Shown one piece after another: positions 40,501-51,023 of a DNA stretch of 64,000 nucleotides. The notes below the pieces were generated by a model that worked only from the letters and a program-made list of their open reading frames with translations, was not told the DNA's origin and did no database searches. The position numbers and the translations under genes are program-made. Each line of letters starts with the position of its first letter. Positions within the stretch are counted from its first letter, which is position 1. The DNA is from Perna viridis (taxonomy: Eukaryota), in NCBI GenBank assembly GCA_037379345.1, contig CM074514.1:31062001-31126000 (forward strand), read 5' to 3'.

Positions 40501-42470
40501 TATTGATGGACATTAGGACCACTATATACATTACACATACGATGACTGATCGTCGAAACGGGTAAAAGTTTATGAAAAATGCATGTTTCAGCACTTTTTC
40601 TTCCATTATATTTTCTTTTTTTAACGTAGGCAAAAGATTATTTTCTATAATTTCTATATATATCAAAACAACAGGGATTTACGAAAACTATTGCTGCTCG
40701 GATGTTAAGCCCCAACAAACAAACAAACGAAAGCCCAAAGGTCCAAACAAACAAAATGTAGATATTACGCACAGATTACTTACATGTAGACATAAACGAT
40801 ACAGAAGTTCATTCCGTGTGTTCTCTCGACGTAGTCTTGGCATCAGTTCATTTAGTAGTCACTTTTATGCTCAAAGACGTTGTCATAAATGCAGGATATG
40901 TCATTGATGGCTTTAGAAACTAGCTATGTCTGTTTTTCAAAATGGCATAAAACAACGTGAACAAGTAGAGAGTGTAACAAGTTGTTTCAAAGACCAATCA
41001 CTATACTGATCAAAATCCAAACAAAACGTTATTGAAATCCGGAACGAAAGTGTTCAACGTACTTTCAAGTCAGGTGTAAGAGAATGTTTGTTATCAATGG
41101 AAAGTCACTGCAAATTAGTTCATAATCACTGTTGAAATATTCACACAATACTATCAATGGTTTCAAAGTAATTCCTAGGTTATACATACAATCTAGTTCA
41201 GTGATAATCTCAATAACTTCTTGATAGTTGTTATAATAGTAGGCGTACTATGGGTACTGAAGTCCGAAAAATTCCTCGCGTAGTAATATTAATGATTATT
41301 AATTAATACAAATAAAACTATAGTATCTTATTATGTTTACAATATTTCGACACCAACTGTGTTTAATTAATGGCCAGTAGTGATCAATTTCTACCCGATC
41401 GCGATATCCATGATGCGCTTAGTCTCGTATCTGAACATTATAGAGGGAAAAAATGTGATTTCAGCAGACGATAACTGTAATTATGTACAAATCTTTGATT
41501 ATGACTTAAAGAGAAAATATTATCTTAGATACCAGCATATACTACAGATGTAAATCACTGACTTAGATCCTTAAACGCTTTCTGATAGCAGTTCGAATAA
41601 ATCTTCTTCAATCAAATGACAATTTGCATCCAAATGAAAATCTACGGAGTCTCGGCACGCGCGATTAGTCAACGTCTGCTATTGCTTAAATTACTGCTAT
41701 AAGAAAAATAATAGGTTCTATGAAATTATTTATATTGCTGTCAAAACGAAACAATAATTAGTTTACTTTTCTGACAATACGTTTTCCAGTTCAATTGTTT
41801 GCATGACAAAGTATTTCCCCGGTAATTTTCTGTATGCCTAAACGAAAAGAATTGAACACAAACCATATTGTACAAAAACTAATTACTTAGCTTTGATACT
41901 TTAAGCAGATTGAGGTTAAATTGAATTAGACAGACTAACTGGTGGTCTCTTGAAGAAACTACACTGCCGTTCAAGATCAAAATTAAGAACCATTTTATGA
42001 CAAAGACAGCCTCAGGAACTTTATACTATGTTGTGTCAAAATTTGTTTCTTTTATTACTGACAAACATTCTCTCATGTAATATGGAAAAAATATAGAAAA
42101 CGAATCCAATCCCCAACGGAAACTGGGTTTTATATAAGAGTACCAGATATTTATGTCGTCAAAATGAAAATCGACGTAAATACATTTACTTGTAATATAT
42201 TGTATGGACCAATACATATAAAAGCTCGTTTTGAGTCAAGCTTCAAGCAGCGACAGACATTCGTTTCCTGCCTTACTAACAGGTACTGACAAATCTTTTC
42301 GAAATTCCTTCATTCATTATTCAATTTATATACGTTCTAGAATTTCTAGCATTTTCTTAGAGGGCTGTCGTGCCTCTAGAGTGAGTTTCGAATGTCAGAC
42401 GGTGTTTGGAAGGAGATATTTCCGCATACAACTTTGTTACATTGGATCCAGGATGACTTTCTCTTCTAAG

Positions 42471-42637
42471 AGAGTAATCAAGGGAACCAAGGTTATAGCG
42501 GTAATCAAAAGAATGTAATCCAGGGACAAAGAACAGACATGGAAAACAGACATACACAACAAAGAACTAAAGTAACTAAAATCATACATACAAAACAACA
42601 AAAGCAAATGAGCAACTCGGACTCCACTAAAAACCGG
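42471..42637 (-). repeat. Dispersed repeat family A
   Basis: agagtaatcaagggaaccaaggttatagcgg...gagcaactcggactccactaaaaaccgg. Confidence 0.9.
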
Positions 42638-43282
42638 TAAGAATTGAAATGCATTGAAAATCTATTTTCTAAAGGTACTTTGTGACCAAGTCGTTATTAG
42701 AACATTTCACTGCCTGTAAACTAATTATTCATCAATTTTCCAAGGAACAATTTAGAAAACAGCAAACTTATCTTTCTCATAACGGAATGGACATTTTGAC
42801 ATTACTCTTTTATCAAAAAACTACATAACAATTAGGTAATTACAGAAGAAATATCAGTTTGTTCATTGACCCAGATCTGTCAAATGTGATGTTTCTTTTT
42901 TAGGGTTTATTTTCTATAACGATTGATCCCCCCAAGACTTTGTTTACACCAAGCTACTTATTTCAATGCATTTTGTTACATTCTTTTGTTAACCGTTAAT
43001 ACAAAATGCACAGATCTTCTGGGAAGTGATACATTGCAACAATAAATTTTTTTTTGCTTGCTCGTATATATCGAAGTAGTAGATAGGCAGGCCGATATCG
43101 TCATAATGTAGATTGACGTAAAGATTAAGGTCTTTTATACTTATAGATTATGAACTTTTAATGAAGTCAATATAATCTAACAGGTTTATATATAACGTAT
43201 TGACTGAGTGAAAGTCCTTAATTTATATATTACCTATGTAGATAATGTATTTCTTTGTGTCTGTTTCGTCTGCGGCGCTTCC

Positions 43283-43629
43283 CAATCGGAACATCTCAGA
43301 CTTTCTAGTAACACAATAGAAAAACCTCGGCGGCACTAGGCAGATGGATATGTCCGGAATTTGACCGATCCGACTCTAAAATTATCATTAAAATGGTTTT
43401 GAATTTTGTACTATTACTTTTTTTCTTAGCTCCTCGCTTCGCGCCAAAATTCTTGGAAGAGTTATTGTTCTTTATTTCTAGTGTTATCCAACTAAAATTA
43501 TTAGCGCCACCTGGTGGATAGTACTATTTCGCATATGACTACAATTCCGGCAAGAAGAAACTCTCCTTTCTGCCACCGAGGTTATTTTTTAGTGTTACAG
43601 TAGCGGAAATAGCCGAGTAGTTCCGATTG
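43283..43629. mobile_element. MITE with long imperfect TIRs (caatcggaac.../...gttccgattg) and 10-bp TSD CGGCGCTTCC (Mutator-like TSD length)
   Basis: TSD at 43273-43282 and 43630-43639; inverted arms extend through aacctcggcggca / tgccaccgaggtt. Confidence 0.85.
43502..43518 (-). promoter_or_regulatory. Consensus CTCF-type binding motif
   Basis: Minus strand reads TCCACCAGGTGGCGCTA, matching the CTCF core CCACYAGRKGGCRSYA. Binding is not demonstrated. Confidence 0.5.
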
Positions 43630-45284
43630 CGGCGCTTCCGCGATGATTGGCTGAGAGTAATAATTACGGCACGTTACGGTTTATATCCGGATCTAAATTT
43701 AGAAACAACGCGTCAATATACATATAAATAGAAACATAGCGTCAATATATTTAAGAATAGAAACAAGGCTAAGTGGAATATCCTTTGAATCAAGTGATCA
43801 TAATTACCAATGAACAAAGAAGACTGGCTCTTACACCATATGTAATATATGTATATATTTAGGCCACATATTGGACTTATAGTAAAGTAAGTCTTTGGTC
43901 TGTGAAAAGAGAAACACTCGCCAGTTAATTTTCATTGGAATACTGATCTTTTGTTAAGTAGTACTTACTATTAATTGTTATCTCCCTTCCAAGATTTTAC
44001 ACTAAAATATTTCTAACAGCTAAAATCTAGATTATAGTATAATAGTCGTTTTTCATATATAATTGTACGGAATGCAAGTTTGCCAGAGGGACGTAACCAC
44101 CAACACCAGACAACCTGATTGGCGGTCTCGTTGGGGGAAATGAAGAACAGTAAACATTTTTGAAACTCAAGCTATTTACACTTCGGTAAGTAGCTAAATG
44201 GTTTTAAATAAATTATTCAAAAGTATCCGAGTTCTTGCCACAGCTACAATAAGTCAAATATTTGAACCAATCGACAGTAAACCAGTCTGTCTGGTCGAAG
44301 AGTTACTTCCAATTGCTCAATTTTTTTCATAAAAAAAAACTAAGTCAAAGTTGAGTATATGAGTCCATTATTTTGAGAAGAAATGGAAATGTTCTCTTTG
44401 GAACCATTGAATCTTCTATTGATAGTAGTTGTAATTGTAATTTTGTATGATGTTATAACATCTCTTTGTGTTAAAAATATTTGCGCAATTTGTATATGAA
44501 TGAAGGAGCGTCGAATGCTCACTCTTGTTTGAAGATTTCTTAGTCTTCCTGTTTCGTTCACACGTACGTTCAGACACAAAACGTTGTCACCATTGCTGAC
44601 GTTAGAGACCAGGAAAGTTCGCTGTGACATATATACAGCTAAGTGCTGTAATAGAAAAATTGCTTTAGACTAACCACTCGTAAATAATCAAATCCATTTC
44701 ATTTCTCTTAAAAAAACAAACGTCCAATTTTCTCTTTAGAATACGAGAACTGCTGAAGACCTGGCCAAGGACAAAATACCATGCTAGCTTCAAAAAGCAT
44801 ATTATTTCAATTTTGCAATTTCCGTTGTCTTGATTGCTATATAATTGAAACCATCGGAAAAAATGACAATGCACAATAACCGTTATTGGATCTTCACAAG
44901 GAATTGTGACAGTAGTTCGAGGAACTAAATTGAACTTCTATAATTTCACCAAGAAACAGAGCAAGAAAAATCTTTAATATTACTGAGAAAATCTATACTT
45001 CTTAGGATATTTTATATCACCAAAAATATAAACGAACACTTGTTACAAATTGGTAAGACTATAGTTTATTAAGTGCTCCGCTCTCTAATTTTGTCATATT
45101 GTGACTGGTTTAGTCTAACCAGCAGTGAACTTATGTAAATTCTTTAATAACATGTACATTTTCTGGTTTTTAGAACTGACAGCAGGCCGTATTAACTAAC
45201 GAATATACAAGTATATAAATGTAAGTGAAAATGATTTTACAAATATCCTTGAAAGGAGCCACGGTATTTAATGGATAGAGTGAT

Positions 45285-45376
45285 TTGACAACTGGTTGAC
45301 TCGGATTCAGAATAATGTATCCGAGCAGGGTTGTTGCTTCTGTGAGCTAACACAAACAAATCCGACCAGCGTGTCG
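45285..45376 (+). mobile_element. SINE body fragment
   Basis: ctggttgactcggattcagaataatgtatccgag resembles 33823-33857. Confidence 0.55.
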
Positions 45377-45679
45377 AACGTGTTCAAAACATTTTTTTCT
45401 TTAGTGTTGTGCATGTACATTTTTTATTAAGATGACCTTTGTAAGCATTTAATTTCTGTATGGAACCATTTTAGCACTGATACCTCGATCCTCTCAAATT
45501 TCACAAAACACGTAACTTTAGTATATTATTTGATCCTGCTACAAAACTTGAAACAATAAAACCACTGGAATAAAACAGTAGTTGCATAATACGTAATAAT
45601 TCGTATTTACCAATTTCCTGCTTCTTGTTATTATACGAAAATTAGAAATAGATTACCGAGGTTATTTTCCTCTTTCGTC

Positions 45680-45940
45680 TACCCGGGACTTGACGTTTAA
45701 TGAGCAACTCAGCGGGTGCATGTAGTAAAAAACCGAGGATGCTTACCCTACCGGTTCATCTTGTCCGCGCTCCCAGCTTTTGGTGGAATCCGAGTTGTTC
45801 ATTTATTTTTGCTTCTTTGTAGGTGTTATTTTGGTTATTTCATTTTCTTTGTTGTGTGCGTATGTTTTCTTTGTATTGTATTCATCACTGAATTATATTC
45901 TTTTGATTTCTGCTCGAATCTTGGTTCACTTGATTACTCT
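45680..45940 (+). repeat. Dispersed repeat family A (long copy)
   Basis: atgagcaactcagcgggtg...ccgagttgttcat...ggttcacttgattactct. Confidence 0.85.
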
Positions 45941-47689
45941 TTCAAAGAATAGAACAAAACCGGGAAGACCAATCTGACAAAAGGCGAAAAACAAGTTTCA
46001 CGTCACAAAACAGCACAATATGATTTCATCAGAGGAAGAAATAAAATCAAAGGATTAATAAGAACGTTGCGGATTTATAACTACTTTTCATTATCAAAGG
46101 TCGGGTAGCATTTTGTTCAATGAATGGACCTTATATTAAACAAGAGACTTTTAGTGTGTTCACCATGCATATAACTTGAAACTAGTATTTGGGCACCTGA
46201 TAATATCGCACTTGAGTCAACGGACCTCACATTAATAAAGTTGGAAAAGGACAGAAACGACCAGATTGCCCTAAACAGGAAGCAAATGTGCAACAGACCT
46301 GAAATAGCATCTAACGATATGGAACTCGATACTGAATTTGCATACCAAATATCTAGTGGCTATGATTTATAGTTGCTGAGAAAAATATTACACGAAAATA
46401 TTTTCCACACCCGACCGACATTAACAATTCTACATGCACGAATGCGACCCATCTAAAAATACAGCCCAGATACTGAAGTTAATATTCTTGTCACGGACAC
46501 CATTAAATTCAGACCCTACATTAAAAGAAACAAAGGAAGTACATTTGTAGTCCAACCAGTCACATATACAATGAAAAATCATACATGTAACACATCACAT
46601 ATGACACAAAATATTCATAAGTAATGCTTCACCTGGAACCTAAACATGATTTTGAACGAATTGAACTTGATATCTTTGTGAGTCGTGTGTTTTCAGATGG
46701 TATATGACCTGTGCTTAGTTTTAAAATCTATATCAGAACTTAGATCATAAGTATATGCACATTTTGAATTCCCCTGGGTAGCATTCTCATTCAATCATAC
46801 CGAGCTGTCAAATTTCGAGTAAATGGGTCAGGCAGGATAATAGAAATGTTGTATGAAATACAGGTAGCTACACTCTTACCTTTTTCTTTTCATCTTGATC
46901 TGACATGGTTGCCATCTAATATAAATTTCGCACTGTTTTTATTTACTTTTTCTATGCAAGAAATACGTTTATGCACTAGTAACAAATACACAACTGATAT
47001 TTTATTTAGTATTTAGACGGGCTTTAAACAAGTCGCTGGACCGGAAATTTTAAATTCATTTCTTTCATTTGATTGTGATTTCTGACACAGTATGACAAAA
47101 AGAAAAAGTTATTGCCTTGGCTTCACATTCCGATTTTGACTGTATTTAACTATTGAAACAAATAGAGTACAGTCTACCTTTAACAACATAAACCTTAAAC
47201 AACTTCATTTCATCTATTGTTTACCGTACAGTTTATAGTCGTTAAAGGCTAATCTAAAAGCCCATGGCATTCTGATGGCGTTAAAAGGTGAATGTTTACT
47301 GATGGAGAAGATAATGTTCCACATAAAATTTTAATTACGAAGGCTGACTGAAAGGGGTGTCCTTTTAAATTATGCAAATAATCTAACATGGAGATTTATT
47401 ACTTTATTATTACAGGTAATTTAATCCTATGGACAATACATGGCATTAATAAAAAGAGGAATCTCAGTATTTCAAAAATGGCATACAAAACGAGAATAAA
47501 CCTTACTTATTTTATATAAAATTTTCAAAGAAGAAGATACATGATGCAGTAGGCCTATGATTGTTGTCTCGCCCTGCTTACCTGCGACTGTTCACATTGT
47601 GTTGCTTCGTTCATCAACGACTCTTATCTCAATAAGATTGAATGATTAACTGATTTTTGTTTTTGTTTAACCTAGTACTAATGCAGCAG

Positions 47690-47840
47690 GTAGGCATTTC
47701 ACCAACACAATGTTCTGACTCCAAGCCAGCGGAATGGTTGGTGGAGAAGCATTGACTATTTTAATTTTTTTTTGTATTACTCAGCCGGGAGTCGAATTCA
47801 CAATCTCTCGCAGCAGATGCACACACGTTCGCTACCAGGA
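47690..47840 (-). mobile_element. Decayed tRNA-derived SINE, reverse copy
   Basis: gccgggagtcgaattcacaatctctcgc is the reverse complement of a tRNA-like head; atgttctgactccaagccag matches the body of the 33690 copy. Confidence 0.55.
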
Positions 47841-47889
47841 GACCCCCGTTGCGGATTTCCCACTAAACACTATTTACAGAATTAATGTA

Positions 47890-48031
47890 AATATCACAAA
47901 ATGCAAAATTGACCATGGGTAGTGATATAGACCACGAAAACTGATATCGGCCGAGCCATAGGCGAGCGCAATATCAATCCTCTTGCCCATATTGCTATCT
48001 AACACACAGGCAGTCCACATTTTGTGATATT
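47890..48031. mobile_element. Palindromic hairpin MITE
   Basis: aatatcacaaaatg / cattttgtgatatt arms around a central gatatcggccgagccataggcgagcgcaatatc. Confidence 0.65.
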
Positions 48032-49408
48032 GTCCTTACCATCATATACTATTCTGTTAGTTAATTGCAATGAAAACCTTTTTTGTGCTTTTACCCCTGT
48101 TCATTTTGAATGTGTTACTTGTTTAGCTGTCATGATTGTAGTGTGTAGTATAACTGTTAAATTGATATTTACTTAATACATATGAATTATAAGGAACTGA
48201 GTCAGACATACTGAAATCAAAAGGGTTATCTCGATTTCAGTGCTCTAAGAACTTCACATTTCCCTTGATCTCATTTTTATGATAAACACTATTTTCTTCG
48301 CATTTTTTCGTTTAGATTTTGTTTCGTTTTGTGTGGTTCATTTTTCATTTCTTCTGTGTTTTGTGGTTATCTATTGTCGGACACATTTTAGACGTCTGCC
48401 AATGATGTCAAAGTCACCTATGCTTTTTATAAGGGGAATAACTTTTAAAAATAAGCAGTGTTCCGGATTTTTGGCATTGGCCGTCAATACCAGTTATATG
48501 TCATACTCTGGAATTCTCCAAATCAGCTGATCAACGTTTAACCAATAGAAAGATGCACTTGATTACTAATATGCAATATATTAATTACCCGGTATGCATA
48601 TTTTCAAGATCTTCTGTTTACGGATGCATTTTGTTATTCATAAGTATTACACATATTAAAATGCAGGTTATTATGCGTAAGGTGTGGTACGGGTTATGCT
48701 AGTCGACTAAAGTTAAAGATAAGTTTTAAGATCGTGCAGATAGATGATTGGTGACCTTTTTGATATAGCATAATCTTTCAATAAAGGACTGTAGCTGGAA
48801 TGAGTATCATTGTTTAACCAATGAAGAATAAAGCTATGCAGTAAAAAAAATAATTTACAAAAAATGTATGTACAATTTGTATCATAACGTTGTACAGTTT
48901 TTGTGGAAAGTATACAATATCAAAAACAGTTAAGTATAGCAGTATCATTAGAAATCCAATTTTACTAAATTTACAGATTTCTAAACTTTGAATACAGTTT
49001 CCGATTCATGATAGCGTTTAAAAGTATTAGTAGGTATTTGTGTGGGTCGTATTTGCCACCTTTGTTCTTGTAGATGAGTTTTATCGTTCCTTGGACCTAT
49101 TGTTTAGGAATATATCAGGTGTAAAATACTAAATATACATATGTCAGGACGTGGGCGGATGGTTATCAGTTTACATGTCTTCAGCTGTGTTTACTTTTAC
49201 TTATGCTTGTTTTATGTTTTTTTTTTTTAATTTTTACATCGGACTCCGACATGCTTTGAATTGAGTTATCTTGTGTTATTATAGTGCATTTTGATATCTG
49301 CATTTGCCGGAACATTAGAAATTGGGCAAAATAACCAGGGGCGAACGGGCTTCGTGGCAAAACGTATCAGGGCGAATGGAAAACAAACAATTAAAAATCG
49401 GCAATAAC

Positions 49409-49512
49409 AAAAATTTTGTCTATTGAAAAATAACATAAATTTTCTAATTTTTTGCAATAAACCAAATATGCACATGGAAAATTTATCTTATTTTTCAATA
49501 GACAAAATTTTT
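49409..49512. repeat. Perfect 25-bp inverted repeat with a further ~10-bp inner extension
   Basis: aaaaattttgtctattgaaaaataa (49409-49433) / ttatttttcaatagacaaaattttt (49488-49512). Confidence 0.9.
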
Positions 49513-50421
49513 ATCAAAGCCAATTCTTATAAATTAATTTTAAAACATATTTATCTTTAAACTTGAAAAAAGTAGCTCTGAATTTAACTGAATAGGGGCG
49601 TGTCCATATTTTTGTATCCATCGAGATATAACAAAATTATTTTTACCAATCAGATAACAGCACTTATCACAAATGAATTTGTATGATATAAATTATAGCA
49701 AGCATGATTCCGACCGAAACAATCCGTATTTACCGCGTTTACGCATAGTTACATGTATTTATACGCACAAAGATTAATGGGAATAGTTAATATGAATTAT
49801 ACACGCGAACTACAATTCCATGTGGCTACGGCTGTAAATCATTTATAAAAAACATACACTCAATACAAATGTAACCTATAAAATTTAATCGGTCAATATT
49901 TTGTGCTTTCAATGCAACATCATAATACAATAATTTAAATTAATTAAATAAATACATAACAGTAATAAAAATCGTTCGGTATTTGTTGCTTGATCTACAG
50001 TGCTGTATATTTAGAATGCAGTTCAAACTTGTCTAAGTGTGGTGATTGACATGTCATCCTATTACGAACTTGGACTCGGATTAGTCTTACACTAACATTA
50101 TGAAGATAACTGTCCAGACCGCTTAAATGGCGCTGTTTCAGACAAAATTCTTAGGTTATGCGAGTCGTCGGTTATTTGGCCAATAACCAAAATCACTCTG
50201 CACAAAAATGATTCTTGTAAAGGTAATACGCGTAACAAACAAATACACAAAATCTGCACTAGTTAAAAGTGCAACATGAGCGTGACGCGAGATTTAGAAA
50301 TCGTTGTGAAGCACAGTTACAAAAACATCGAAACAACACCGATATAGTTTTCGGCAACATATACCAATTTAATTCTTAAGTGTTATAGTACCGTTTTAAA
50401 TCGAACTGCGCATGACTTGAA

Positions 50422-51023
50422 TCACGAATTATATTGCATGATGTCTTCATGGCTTATCGAATCAATCTCGAATTTTAAATCACACCATTTTTCACAGTTA
50501 AGAAAACCGTTTAACTGTTTGTCAAATATTTTGATGTAGTCTTGTGACAGGACAACAAATTTACATTCTTGGTAAATCATAATTGTTCCCCAATTGTGAC
50601 CGCAAACAAGACCATAAGCCTTTCCTTGCTTCAGGAATCCATCAAATTTCTTCTGTTTCTTTTGTGGCAAATCGACTTCTTTGACTTTATTAAGCATAAG
50701 CTTATCGCAAACAAGATACATTTTGTTGTTGACATGCCTCATAACACTGCCATCAGCTATTATTTCGGAACACTTCTTGCAATAGATGACGAATAACCCT
50801 CTTTGTTTATCACTCATTTTTGATTTTGCCATACTTCTTTCCATATCCTCCATTTGATAAACATTCTTTTCAGCTAAAGCTAGATCTCTACTCAAATCGG
50901 AGCTGCTGAGTTCATCAACAGCTCTGAGCATAAAGTACTGTCGCTCTATATTTTTTGACTCTGTCTCAAATTCTTGCCGTGTTCCCACTATAACTTCTCT
51001 GCCTTCCTGTTTTCGTATTCTTC
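50422..51023 (-). CDS. RLR last exon: end of motif VI, pincer, C-terminal RNA-binding domain
   Basis: GRIRK..ESKNIERQYFM..YCKKC..CGHNWG..KW; stop TGA. Confidence 0.92.

Noticed and set aside
45699-45803. SECIS element in family A (begins ATGA)
   Set aside because: ATGAGC pairs Watson-Crick with the distal arm instead of forming the GA/GA quartet, and there is no AA loop at the expected distance.
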